Shown here: piece after piece, positions 41,665 through 54,683 of the stretch
Numbering within the stretch: position 1 is the first letter of the stretch
Layout of the letters: each line of letters opens with the position of its first letter
Assembly (NCBI RefSeq): GCF_009914755.1
Contig: NC_060928.1
Origin: the human T2T-CHM13v2.0 reference genome, Homo sapiens
Length of the DNA: 64,000 bases
Strand: one strand, 5' to 3'
Made by a program: the position numbers and the translations under genes
Notes under the pieces: model-generated
Told to the model about the DNA's origin: nothing
The model's input: only the letters and a program-made list of their open reading frames with translations
Database searches by the model: none

Positions 41665-42227
41665 TGTCAAAGATAAATCTGGACACTAGTTAGAGTAGTA
41701 AGAATAGATTTTACTCAGTACTATACTATTTTAATCAGTAATATGTTATAAGGAAAAGAATCTAGTGTGAACTGAAGTCAAGTTCAATTTGTACTTAAGT
41801 GACTTCGCATTTTATAGGAACAATGAGAAAATAGGAAGTGAGGCAAGCAAAGGATTAGTAGAGGTAAGAGAATGAAAACTTCTAAAAATTGGGAAGGAGG
41901 GGTGTAGGTTCATGTGAAATCCACTGGCATTTGTTAATTGGAGCTTATGGAAGTCAGACTCCTGCCCCTCCAGGGACTGGAAGACAGGGGCCCTATCCTC
42001 AGGTCTTGGCTAGAACAAACAATAAACTCTTTCGGCAGCCTTGAATTTTCTCTGGCATGCACTTTAAGGGGGAGCTATGATTATCCTAAGAACTCAGCCT
42101 TCAGCTGTTAGAAATTACATTAGTGTTTTTTTCAAGTCTTAATAGATCAATTCTGAGGCCTCAGAAGGGACCTTAGAGGACTCAGAGGAGCCTGGCTAGA
42201 ATTTGGTCAAGGAGATAATCTTTGACA
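41665..42227 (-). mobile_element. ERV1 solo LTR, MER67/MER31-like, inserted in old L1M 5' sequence
   Basis: 10-bp terminal inverted repeat TGTCAAAGAT...ATCTTTGACA; reverse strand starts TGTCAAAGATTATCTCCTTGACCAAATTCTAGCCAGGCTCCTCTGAG; 4-bp TSD AGAG/AAAG. Confidence 0.8.
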
Positions 42228-43404
42228 AAAGATAGTAACATTCCAAGTTTCAAATTTATCTCATAATTTTTCATATAAAATTTTCATAATTCAAGAAAGA
42301 ACAAAATATATGGTGATAAGATAATGAGAATACTAAGGGAAAAACAAATAATAAAAACAGACCTCAAGAGATCTATGCAATGAGATTATAAGATGTAGAA
42401 TTTAAAATATTTGAATAGATCTGAGGTATAGATAGTGCAATTTAATAAAAAATATAAGATAAAAATATTTAAAAAGAAAGAACAATATTTTCATTGTTTG
42501 CAAATAGTGTGAGTATATAAGAAACCTGGTAATCTCCAAACAAATACTACTTAAATAATGAGTATAAAAAGTAGACCAAAATAAATATCCACAATTTTTA
42601 CATGAGTTTTAAAACACTATTTTTTAAATGCATTATTTACAATAGGCACACACACAGTAAGAATGTTAATCAACTATTTTTTAGAAAGCAGTAACTATAT
42701 TATTAAAACAAAATCTTAATTTGTTTTATAAAAACATACATATATAATAATAATATGATCTGATTGTGAAATGACAAGTAAAATTATTTTCTCAGTGTAA
42801 TAATAGGTAACACTAATAGCTATTTGTGCCATTAACAATTCTTCTGAGAAATAGATTTACATATCCAATGTGACTTGACAACTTAATTTGAATATATAAT
42901 AATATTTCAAAGTTAATATGGCCAAAATAAAGATATTGAATTCTTCTTCCTATCACAAGGTGAAGATGTATTATGCCTGAAGACTAAGGAGTTTTGAGGA
43001 ACAGTGATTTGAAATAACGTTGTCAAACTTTCATTAAAGATTGAGACCATCTTCTAGAATTCAGTACCAAGGATAAGAAAAAAAGGAACTAAAACTCCTT
43101 CTATATGCCATGGGGAATCTAGAAGCTTACTCCTTGTTTGTTGATTGACCAGAACAAAAAAAGAAACTAAACTATAATCTTTTGAATGATAAGATAAATA
43201 TTAACATGTAAGTCAAGCAATATTTTTGTCCTTAGCATTGTTCTGTATATACATACCTAATAATTGCAATAATTTTATAAGCTATGAATTTACAACTGTT
43301 CACCAAGGAGCTACTTATAGATATGAACTCGATTTTACACTATTGAACACAATTATTAATACTTCCTTGCACATTACATCTTTTTAATCAAAATAATTCC
43401 AAAG

Positions 43405-44200
43405 CTGGTTCAACAAATATTTAGTAAATGTCTATCACTTGCCAGGCACTTTCCTGTGCTCTGATACTATGGCGGTTAAATAATAATAATAAATTAGATA
43501 TTTATCTGCCAACATGGTTTCATGGGTTCAAAGTCTAAAAGGCAAAACATGTCATTTCAAAAATGTGTCCACTTATCCTTTTATAATAATAAATTAGGAC
43601 ATGGGCTATGAAGAAAATGAATAGAGTCCTGGGCTAGGAACAATATAGGATGAAGAAGAAAAGTATTAAAATAATTTTCTAGTCAGACACTAGTCAGAGA
43701 CTCTCTGGAGCAGAAATAAGCAGAAATCTGGAGGAAAATTATACTTAAATATGAGGGAATGACATATGCAAAGGTATTCTGCTGAGGAAGGGGCTGGTGT
43801 GTCTGAGGAAATTATGGCCCACATAGGTAAAATATAGGAATCTGGGGAGAATGTTGAAACTGAAGACTATGCAGAGACTTTGTAGAACATGGCGAAGAGT
43901 TTAAATTTTGTTTCAAGATCAGTTTGAATTTTATTCATGTTCCATAGAACCTCATTGAAGAATTTTAAGCAGACAAGATAAAAATATCTAATTAGCTTTT
44001 TTAATGAGATTGCTCTCTCTATTGCAGGGAGAAAGGATAAGAGCTGGGACAGAGCAGAGAAGGTTCTGTCAAAAGTTATCCCAACATTATAGGAAATTTG
44101 CAGATAGTGGCTTGGGGTAGGTCTGTGCAGTGGGGATAAATAAATGTGGATATATTCTGAATGGATTTTATTTTGTGCTGCAACAAAATTAACTGGACAT
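43405..44200 (-). mobile_element. L2 LINE 3' fragment
   Basis: TTCAACAAATATTTAGTAAATGTCTATCACTTGCCAGGCAC start; GAAGAATTTTAAGCAG. Confidence 0.75.
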
Positions 44201-44807
44201 CTCAGATTCACAGTTCTTTGCATCTTCTACCTTGGAAATACCTTGCTTTATGTGTTTCTGAAGGTCGCACATTTTCCTTTACTAGAAGCCAGCAGTTTAC
44301 ATTTTAGGGATATTGTAACAAAAGTTTGAATGTGAAATGTAGGTTACACTGCATGATTTCTAAATTTAAATTCAACTTGAAATTCTACTTTTTTGATAAG
44401 AAAGGACAATTTATTAATGGGGGGAAGTCTTAAAGTAAGATGTGTTTCTTAGATTATAAAGGTCATTTTCATCTCAGAACATTTTTCTTAGGAATGTAGA
44501 TTAAGATACTGGTAAAAGAACTCTGGTTGGAGAAACTTGATCCCAGAACATTAGACATAAGTCAGAGATGGCTCCTTATATTTATTGGGCAAGAGAAACT
44601 GCCATCAGACAAAGTATGTTTAATCCAGTAATTAGGTCCATACTGGGTAGAAGTGCTTGACTATATCCACACTACACCACTTCCGCTTGTTTGGATTAAG
44701 TCTTGGGTCTGAAGATAACCTTCAAAGCAGGAGTCAGAAATTGTGTCTTCTAAAATTAATGATGTGTATAGAGTAGTTTTGAACAGACTTCAATTAACCA
44801 AGTCAAT

Positions 44808-46245
44808 GATTATCTTTGTTTTGTGTTGCTATATCAAAATACCACAGACTGGGTCATTTATTAAAAAAAGAAATTTATGGCCAGGTGTGGTGGCTCACAC
44901 CTGTAATCCCAACACTTTTGGTGGGGGGGGTCAAGGCAGGATGATGGCTTCAGGACGGGAGTTTGAGACAAGTCTGAGCAGCATAGCAAGACCCCATCTC
45001 TACCTCCTCAAAAAATGTATTTTAATTATCCAGGCATGGTGACTCAGATCTATAGTCCCAGCTACTTGGAAGGCTGAGGTAGGAGGATAGCTTGGGCCCA
45101 GGAGTTTGAGATTGTTGTGAGCTATGTTGTGGCACTGTACTCCAGTCCGGGTGACAGAGTGAGACTCTATCTCTTAAATAATAAAGGAAGATATTTCTTA
45201 CAGTTCTGGAGGCTGGGAAGTCCAATATCAAAGTGCCAAAATCTGGCAAGGGCCTTCATGCTGCATCAGATCATAGCAGAAGGCTTGCAAAGATAAGAGA
45301 GCATGTGAGCAGGAAAGCAAGTGGGGAATGAAATCCCTTTTACAACACATCTACTCCTGTGATAACTAACTCACTCCCTCAATAAAGACAAACTCTTTCA
45401 TTAATGCAGAAACCTCATAACCTTATCATGTCTTATTAAGCCCCACTTTCAAATGCTGTTGCATTGGAAATTAAGTTTCCAACACATGAACCTTTGGGGA
45501 TACCTTCAAACCACAGTATACTGCCCTTGGTTCCCAAAATTCACATCCTTCTCACAATGCAAAATATGTTCATTCCATTCCAATAGTCTCAGAAGTCTTA
45601 ACTCATTCCAGCATCAATATACAAGTCCAAAGGCCAGAGTCATGTCTAAGCTAGATATGGGTGAGACTTAAGTCATAATTCATCCTAAAATAAATTTCTC
45701 TTCAGCTATGAACCTGTGAAATTAACAAGATATGTGCTCCCAATATACAATGGTGGGACAAGCATAAAATAGACATTCCTATTCATAAAGGGAGAAATAC
45801 ACAAGAAGAAAGCAGTCCCTAATAAGTCCAAAGCCCAATGGGGAAAACAACGTTAAGTCTTAAGGCTGGAAAATAATCTTTTTTGACTCTGTATCCTATA
45901 TTCTAGTGGGGTGAGGATTGGGCCACAAAACCTTTCACAGTCCTGCCTTTATGGGTTTGCTGAACACAGGCCACACTGTATCTCTCACAGTTTAGTGTCT
46001 TCTGCCTGCAGCTCCCTCAGATTGGTTTTGCACACTGGTAACTCTACAGTTCTGGTGTCTTGGGGTGGCCCTGATTCTGTGGATCTACTAAACATTGCCT
46101 TAGTGGGGACTTTCCACAGTGGCTCCTTTCCTGTGAGAAGTCTCTGCCTGGCCCGAGACTATCCACAACATCCTTTAAAATCTAGGTGGAAGAAGTCATG
46201 CCTACACAAATCTTGCATTCTCTGCACCTGCAGAATTAGCACCAG
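44808..46245 (-). mobile_element. MaLR MSTC/D LTR (44808-45519) plus MST-internal fragment (45520-46245), truncated
   Basis: AATACCACAGACTGGGT, CAGTTCTGGAGGCTGGGAAGTCCAA, TTCAAACCACAGTA, then internal CAAAATTCACATCCTTCTCACAATGCAAAAT and TACAATGGTGGGACAAGCATA. Confidence 0.85.
44879..45185 (+). mobile_element. AluJ
   Basis: CATAGCAAGACCCCATCTC and AGGAGGATAGCTTGGGCCCAGGAG (J-type). Confidence 0.9.
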
Positions 46246-46514
46246 AGAAAACCAAACCCATGAAGACCAAGATGGCCAAAAAGACACCTAAGCCACTGAA
46301 TGATTGGGAAGTGAGACTGAAAGTTTCTTACCAAGATTAAGACTTTCTAAACCACCTTGTAAAACAAACAAAAATAAACAAACAAACAAAAACACCTGTT
46401 TGTAACTTGCTCTTCAAAAATCTCTTGACAGGATGCCAAGTAGAAAAGAAACTTACTCTTAATATATATTTGAGATATAATTAATAATTTGGCTCAAAAA
46501 AACTAATAGCAGGA

Positions 46515-47985
46515 GTTCTTAGTTTTATTTCCATTATACAAAGAACTTTGAAGACACCACTCCATTCCTTATGGAACAATCATAGCTGAACAAACTAAAA
46601 ATCAATAATGTTTCTAATATCCATCAGATAATTGACGTAGCAGGACGAACTGCTTTCCTGAAATCTGGAGAAACAAGCGAACCTAAAGTAATAGTCAAGA
46701 TCTCTTTACATGGAGCAGAAGCCACTGGAACCAAATGAATAGTAGTTTTGATAAGTAATTGGTGGGTGAGTGTGGGCTACATTGAATATGAGAAAATTCT
46801 AGGGGCTGTAGCCTTCAGAGGACCCCTCACTTTCATAAGATTTATGTTCAACCCACCATGGCGAAGATGCGAGAAAGATCTCCCCATGACTATAGAAGGG
46901 GGACAAAAGGAGTAATCCTTGTGAATTAACACCATGACATTAACAAAGGCCTACTATCCTGAAGAAGACTGTACCAGAGTTTTCTAGAGCCTTAATAGAA
47001 GGTCATTCTTTCCACCCTAGCCCCCACCAGCATTCCTATATCAGATAAGAAGGGAAAAAAGATACACAAGAAAAAAAACTTACACAGGTCACAGGCCAGA
47101 GACACAACGCACAAAAGACTGAGATAAATTTTAAGGTTATAAAAAGCCTTCCTCCCTCACGTGTTAACATTACACCACCAGAGCTCATGTATTTAATAAT
47201 AGTGGGTAACAGCTGAAAAAGTTGCAAGATACAGACTCTTTCTAATAAGGAATACTTAAGAAGGCCAAAGTCACGAGGAGTGGCAAAAAGAACAGCAGAA
47301 AAATTTAAAGCCTCTGCCATGTAAATTGCAGAGACCAAGAAACAAAGCCCAACTTCTAGTTAAATTAACACAAATTCTCACGTTAGAGAAACATTATACT
47401 TTGTTTCTGTTATCTGATGAACATACGTGGTTTCTGGCAAAAACCACAAGTCATGCTCTAGGCCCTGAGGAAAAAGCCTGAAGAGAGAAAACAAAGATAA
47501 GAACCTGACTCAGATTTGACACAGATGTTGAAGTTATCAGACAGACAACCTAAAAATAACTATAGTTAATATGCTAAGGGCTGTCATAGAAAAAGTTTAC
47601 TATTATAAGAAAGAACAGATGGGTAATGTGAGTCAAGAAATGGAAATTTTAAGAAAGAATCAACAGAAAATTCTACACATGAAAAGCATTGTAAGAAAAT
47701 TTAGAATGTCTTAGATGGATGCATATTAGACTGGAAATGACCAAGGAAAGAATCAGTGACCTTGATGATATGTCAGTAAAAAGTGCCCAGAATAAAATGT
47801 AAAAAGAAAAAAAATGAAAAAACAGAACATAACATCAAAGAATGACAGAACGATTTTTAAAACTGCAATATAGACATAACTGATATAAAAACAGAGAAAG
47901 AAAGAAAAATAAAATGCAAGAAATACTTGAAGCAGTAATGGCTGTGAACTTTATAAAATTAATGAAAGACATCTAACCACAGATC
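46515..47985 (+). mobile_element. L1M (MD/MC-type) 5'UTR and ORF1 first half
   Basis: GCTGAACAAACTAAAAATCAA, CAGATGTTGAAGTTATCAGACAG, GAAAGAATCAGTGACCTTGA, ACCACAGATC. Confidence 0.75.
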
Positions 47986-48024
47986 TCATGTTCTCATATT
48001 GCTTAGTACTACTATTCCTCCCCA

Positions 48025-48200
48025 ACTCCAGAAGCAAGTGCTTATTGAGAAAAAGAAGAAGCCAAATTTAACAATTATTTGATTGGTTGCAGTTATAAAG
48101 TTGCTTTTTTTGTTGTTTTTCACCTTACTCAAGTCTCTAGTTATGTAAGTATAAGACTGTTGGCTCCTTCTGATTGGATGAGCTTAAGTTCTGTTTTACT
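48025..48200 (-). mobile_element. ERV1 (MER4-group) LTR fragment, apparently continued at 50684-50765
   Basis: TTTGATTGGTTGCAG and CTGATTGGATGAGCTTAAGTTCTGTTT motifs; family not pinned down. Confidence 0.45.
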
Positions 48201-48384
48201 TTTCCTTTGCTTTTTAAAAAATCTTAATTAAATATATTTTACTTAAAATAGCAGTTAATGTCATACCAACATCTTGTTAGTTGAGAAATTGTATGCTTTT
48301 TATAAACATAATTAAAACCTTATAAAATTCAGAGTACTACTATTCTTAGTACCACTGTTCCTGCAGCTAAACAACTCATTCTTC

Positions 48385-50460
48385 CTAGTGCACACCATAA
48401 AAGAGTATAGAAAAAATACAATAAGTTAGATAAAATGAAAAACTGTAAGTGTTCAATTAATCCAAGCAATGACAGAAAAGGAAGATAAGGAGACAGAGAA
48501 CAGAGGCAATAATTATGAAACATGTAGCAAAAGTAGCTGAATTTTAAAGACAGTAATTAAATTGTATGACATGGACTGCATGTTTTTAAAAAGGACATAA
48601 CTTGTAAGACTTAAAAATAAAAGCAATATGCAACATGCTTTCAATAGATGCATTTTAAAATATAAAGTCATGGAAAAGTTCAGATAACATAATGGAAAAA
48701 GATACAGCATGAAAAATATAAACTCAAAAAGTTAATGTGGCCATATTAGCATTAGACAAACCAAACTGCAGTACAAGGAGTATTGCCAGAGATAAAAAAG
48801 GGCACTTCATAAAGATAAAATGGTCAATTTAATTTTTCTAAATATATACTAAATGACAGAGCATCAAAATTCATGAAAGCAAAATTGGCAGCACTAAAGA
48901 AAGAAAAGTATACATTTGTAATAATAGTGAAGAATTTGACATCCTTCTCTCAATAATTGATAAGGCAAGTAGACAAAAATATATTATTGTAGAAGATTTG
49001 AACAACACAATCAACTAAATTAGTCTAATTAATATTTACAGATCACCATAGAGCTATAATATATGCAAATTATTAACTGAATACATTTCAAAGTTTTGAA
49101 ATCATACATAGTATCTACTATTAGCCCAACAAAATTAAATTAGATACATAAAAAAGATACATAGTTATTCCCTAAAATACTTAGTAATAAAGCAATATTC
49201 TCCTAACTAGAACTACTGGTTAAAAAAATAAATTACAAGGGAAAATAGAAATTATTTCCAGTTGAATGACAATTAAAGTACAATACATCAAAATTATTAG
49301 GGGATAAAATTAAATATTTGCGTGGAGGAAAATGTATAGCTTTAAAGGCTTACATTATTTTTTAAAAAAAGGGAAAGTATAAAATCTGTGAGCTAAATTT
49401 TCCACTTAAAAGCCAGATGAGCAAATTAAAGAAGCCAGAAAACTATATTAAAAAAATTTAAGAACAAATTAGTTTTTAGAAGAAAGAAAAGAATAGCAAA
49501 AATCAATGAAATAGAATTCAAATTAGTAAAAGACAGAGTTGGTTATTTAAAAAGATTAATGGAATTGATAGACAAATAACAAGACTGATCAAGAAAAAGA
49601 CATTAACATTTTTAGCAACAGAAATTAAAACATGATCATTACAGTTTCTATACATATTAAATATATAATGAATTCATAACTATAAACAGCATTAGTAAGT
49701 TTTGATAATATTTGGGATTTAGAAGATCATTTTCTTGGAAAATACAGGTTACCAAAACTATCAAAAGACAAAATATAAGCTTTGAATACCCCTATATTGT
49801 TTTTTTAATTTATAATTTAAAATCTTTCCACAAAAATTCCAAGCCCAGATTGCTCAATTAGTAAATTATTTCAAATATTTAAGTAAAATCATTGATTAAT
49901 TAGAAGAGAAGTGAATGCTTCCTAAAGCATCTAATCCAGCTTTCAAAAATTTCCAAAAACATTACTGATAAAGTTATAGATTAATATCATTCATGGATTT
50001 AAATTGAAAAATTCTCAAGAAATATCAGCAAATTGAAGCCAGTAATACATAAAATATAACACTACGAGGAGAACTAACTCCAGGAATGTCAGCTTGGTTT
50101 AACATTTGAAAATCAACCAATGTAAATCAACACATTAAAAAGCTAGCAAAAAAATACACCATCTATGTAAATGAAGAAAAAAAACTTGCCAAAAATTATA
50201 TATGCATTCTGGATAAAAACTCTCAGCAAATTGGAAGTATAAAATTAATTTCTCATCATTAATGGTAAAGTGGTGAAGTTTTAAATGTTCCTCCCCTATG
50301 AAAAGGCAAAATGGTAAATTTAACATGGCCCTTGAGGACTTTATTCAAAAATGTGATAAAAAAGAATATTTATGAAAATTGAAAATAAAAGAAATGCAAC
50401 TGTTTGCAAAAAATAGTTATTGTAAAGAATTAATAATACAACAAAGCTAATAGAATTGTA
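48385..50460 (+). mobile_element. Old L1M ORF2 5' half
   Basis: CAGAGATAAAAAAGGGCACTTCATAA, TCTCTCAATAATTGATA, GAAGATTTGAACAACAC, CAGGAATGTCAGCTTGGTTTAACAT. Confidence 0.8.
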
Positions 50461-50503
50461 AGTTAATATAGTAGAAAACAGGCTGCAAAGTTAATAACCT
50501 AGA

Positions 50504-50597
50504 TTTTTTTTTTTTTTTTTTGAGACAGGGTCTTGCTCTGTCACCAGGCTGGAGTACAGTGGTGTGACCTCTGCTCACTGCAACCTCCGCCGCCCGG
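50504..50597 (-). mobile_element. Alu 3' fragment (~94 bp, AluSc-like), no TSD
   Basis: Poly(T) plus GAGACAGGGTCTTGCTCTGTCACCAGGCTGG...CAACCTCCGCCGCCCGG, then an abrupt switch to non-Alu sequence. Confidence 0.9.
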
Positions 50598-50683
50598 AGA
50601 ACACGCGGTGTTTGGTTTTCTGTTCCTGCATACACAATTGCAGGAGTTGAGAAATGAGAACACATGGACAGAGGGAGGACAAC
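50597..50683. other. Templated insertion: direct copy of 27232-27276 plus inverted copy of 27177-27223
   Basis: 40-nt exact identity 50597-50636 = 27232-27271; 40-nt exact identity 50640-50679 = reverse complement of 27184-27223. Confidence 0.9.
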
Positions 50684-50764
50684 AACACAAGCATTTAGCA
50701 GAAATGACCCAAGTTTAGTTTCATTTATGTCTGTAGTCTTAAGCAACGTCAAGGCTATTTTTAA

Positions 50765-52975
50765 GGCCTAGGCATATTATACTTAAAATTCTTTAAAACA
50801 ATTATAGGAGAAAATCTTAGAAGTAGTCAGAGAAAAAATATATATGTAAGAGAAAAGATAAAGAAGATAGTAGATTGGAAGCAATGCAAGTGAGAAAACA
50901 AAAGAGAAAAATCTTTAATGTAATGCAAAAGAAAGAAAACTGTCAACATGGAATTTTATATTCAGTGAAAATGTCTTTCAAAAGAGAAAGTAAAATACAG
51001 ACTTTTTAGACATGCAGAAGCTGAAATAAGTTTTCACCTGAAGACTTGTGCCATAAGACATTTTAAAGAAGTTAATTCTTGTAAGGCAAAAGAAAAATGA
51101 CATTAGATGGAAATATGGATTTACACTATACAAATAAATGAAGAGCAATGGAAATGGTAATTCTAGGGGAAATATCAAAGATTTTTCTTTTTATTTAAAT
51201 CAATTCAAAAGATAATTGTTTAAATATGTGGGATACAAAACATTAACACACATATATAAATATATATGTAACACACCTATATTAACATATTTGTTAACAC
51301 ACACATATATTAACATATATAAACACACATATATTAACATTTGCATGTTAACACATACATTAACATATATATGTTAATACACATATAAACATGTATGTTA
51401 ACACATATACATATGTATATATTGACATATATGTCAATATATGTGTTAATATGTCACTATGTATGTGTGCATATGTTAACATATATGTACATATATATGT
51501 AACTTGTATGACAATAGTGTCATAAATGCCAGGAAGGAAGAAATGGAAAATTTCTTCTATGATAAGATTGTTGTACTATAAATGAAATACTATAATATCA
51601 ATTGGAGTTAGGCTGCATTAAATTAATGATGAATATGATAAATCCAAAAGAAACCAATAAAAAAAAAGAACTATACATAATAAACCAACAAAGGAGATAA
51701 AATGAAATCATAAAATTTATTAATCAAAAAATGTAGAAAAAAGTAAAAAGAGAACAAAGAGCATTTATGGCAAATAGAATCCAAAAGGAAGGTCATAGTC
51801 TTAGTGCTAATATAAATAGACACATTATATGCAAGTGTTCCACATAGTACAAATAAATAAGAAAAATAGTCCAAAAAAATTGATAAAAAAATTGAATAAA
51901 AATAAAAACAAGAGAGACCTAACTATACTTATTACAAAAAAGCTAACTTTAAATAACCAGACATTTATTATTAATAAATAATAATAAGACATTGAAAAGG
52001 AAATAAGGAAAAAAAATACCATCCTAACTGTAGGTAGAAGACTTGTTAGAGAATAAAAAATCAAGCCACAGGATGGGATAAAAATATTCATAATGAAGAT
52101 ATCTGAACAGGACTTGTATTGGAATATATTAAAGATTCTCAAAACTTAATAATAAAACAAAAAAATTAAACAAATAAAATTTTTCCACAGATACTTCATT
52201 AAAGAGAATACATAAAGAGATGAAAAGTATATGTAAAGATTCTCAGTATTACTCAGGAAAAGCTAAGTTAAATTAAAACCACAATATATACCACTATACT
52301 TCTATTAGAATGGCTATAAAGACTGTCTATACCAAATGATAGTATGAATGTGTTGGAATTGGAAATGTTATACACCACTGGTGGGAATGTAAAATGGTAC
52401 AAGCAATTTAGAAAATGGTTTGACAGTTTCTTAAAGTGTTAAACAGATGTCTACCATAAAATCCAGATGAATGAAAGCATACATTCATAACAAATACTTG
52501 TGCACAAGTGCTCATAGCAGTTTTACTTGTAATAACTTTAAACTGGAAATGGCTCATATGGCAATCAGCAGATAAAAATATAAATTATGTAATATCTACA
52601 TAATGAAAGACTTCTCAGCAATTAAAAAAGATTTAACTATTGATACATAATAACATGGATGAATCTCAAAATGATTATGCTGAGTACAAGAAGTCAGAAA
52701 GAATAATGTGTGATTTCATTTACATAAATCTTTAGAAACGGCAAACCAACATAGTACAGAAAGATGAACAGTGTTGTCCTGGGGAGGTGGAAGGATAAGG
52801 AAGCAGGGAGGGGTGGGATTACAGGAGACATGAGGCAGTATGGAGATGATGCATGTTCACCTTCTTGATTATGGTGAGGATACCTTTTGTATAGACATGT
52901 ATCAAAATTAGCCAATGATGCTTGTTAATTGTGTTTATTAACATCAATTTTACCTGTATAAAGCTGTAATATTTT
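50765..52975 (+). mobile_element. L1M ORF1 second half, inter-ORF, ORF2 start, then jump to 3' end
   Basis: CCTAGGCATATTATACTTAAA, AACTGTCAACATGGAATTTTATATTCAG, GGTGGGAATGTAAAATGGTACA, ATGGATGAATCTCAAAA. Confidence 0.8.
51240..51505. repeat. AT/CA low-complexity repeat with embedded palindromes
   Basis: ACATATATTAAC-type units switching to GTTAATAT; perfect palindromes at 51359-51378 and 51417-51442. Confidence 0.85.
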
Positions 52976-53710
52976 TTTAAAAGTATAACAACAGATGGGA
53001 AGTGAGAATGTTGGTAGGTAGTAGGGAGTCTATATTTTTTAGACTATAGAAAATTGAATTCCTAATTAAAATTACAACTCTAAACTCTGCACCAGACGAA
53101 GTTCATATTACAAGATAACTCACTGAAACTTTTAAAGTACAGATAATCCCCACAGTCTTTCCACATTTCTGGCACATATTCAAAGACCCACTGATTTTAA
53201 ATATTTTTAATTTAATTTTTAAAATGATGTTAGATTTACAGAAGAGTTGCAAAGATATTACAGATATTTTCTGTGTACTTCTCATCCCAGCTTTCCCTCA
53301 TATTAACATTTTATGTAACCAGGGCACATTTGTCAAAACTAAGAGGTCAATAATGGCACAATATTGTAAATGAAACTACGAACTTAATCTGGATTTCACC
53401 AGTTTTTCCAATAATATATTTTTTCTTGTTCCAAGTTTCAATTAAGGGGCCCACATTATATTCAGTTTCCATTGTTCCTTTGACACTTCTAATCTGTGAT
53501 GGTTTCTCAGTCTTTCCTTATTTTTCATGACATAGAAACTGAAGCGTGCTGTTCATGAATTTTGTAATGTGTTCCACAATTTTGGTTATTTCAATGCTTT
53601 CTCGTTATTCAACTGGAGTAATGAATTGTGGAGCAATACCACAGAGGTAAATTTTTTTTCATCATATCTTATCAAGGAGAACATGATATTATGGCTTTCT
53701 ACTGGTGGTA

Positions 53711-54051
53711 TTTATTTATTTATTTTATTTTATTTTATTTTATTTTATTTTATTTTATTTTATTTTATTTTATTATTTCTTTGAGGTGGAGTCTTGCTCT
53801 GTCGCCCAGGCTGGAGTGTAGTGGCGCGATCTCCGCTCACTGCAAGCCCCGCCCCCCGGGTTCACGCCATTCTCCAGATTCAGCCTCCTGAGGAGCTGGG
53901 ACTACAGGCGCCCGCCATTACGCCTGGCTAATTTTTTGTAGTTTTAGTAGAGACGGGGTTTCACCGGGTTAGCCAGGATGGTCTCGATCTCCTGACCTCG
54001 TGATCCGCCTGCTTCGGCCTCCCAAAGTGCTGGGATTACAGGCGTGAGCCA
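53711..54051 (-). mobile_element. AluY with long (TATTT)n tail
   Basis: TTCACGCCATTCTCC, TTAGCCAGGATGGTCTCGATCTCCTGACCTCGTGATCC; TSD TCTACTGGTGGTA (53698-53710) / TCTACTGGTGATA (54052-54064). Confidence 0.95.
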
Positions 54052-54497
54052 TCTACTGGTGATACTAACTTTCATCACTTGGATAAGGTAACATAACCCG
54101 GGTTTATATACTATAGATCTCCTCCTTCCTTGGTAATTAATAAATATTATGTGGCGTTACATGGAGACTACGCAAATATTCTGTTTGCCTGAAACTTTTA
54201 CCCACTAATTTTAACATTCATGGTGGATTGTGCATTTATGCCTGTGGCATTCTAATGGTGATTTTCTGTTTTCCTCATTTATTTCACATTTTAAAAATGG
54301 ATTTATTCTGTAAGAGTTGTCATCTTCCATATATTATTTATTCAGTCATTTCTTTATATCAGTATGCACTCATGGATATTTATTTTTTCTTTAGTCTAAA
54401 GCCAATACTATTTTTATTTATACTTGTCTTCAAACTGTTTGAGCGTTGACCACTTGGGGCTTTTTCAAATTGTCTCTTTCAAACTGTCTCTTGTGTA

Positions 54498-54683
54498 TCA
54501 TTCCCACCAGCATTCACCATTCCCGGCGCCAGTCCTGGCCACTTAGTATCTTAGAGGGGTAGTTTTATGCACGCTTGTTTTCACTAGGTGAGAACCAAAC
54601 ATCTCTGGAGTTCCTTCCTGGTCCTGCTCATTATTTCAGAGGGGTAGATTTTTAAAAAACAAAACAAAACAAAACAACAAAAA
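54498..54683 (+). pseudogene. Unidentified short retroposed sequence (156 nt plus A-rich tail)
   Basis: Interrupts L1MC; TSD CAAACTGTCTCTTGTGTA (54480-54497) / CAAATTGTCTCCTGTGTA (54684-54701); tail AAAAAACAAAACAAAAC at 54654-54683. Confidence 0.8.

Noticed and set aside
50597-50683. Independent twin-primed (inverted) L1PA insertion
   Set aside because: No L1 poly(A) or TSD, and the piece includes the unique flank of the 27-kb copy, so local templating fits better.
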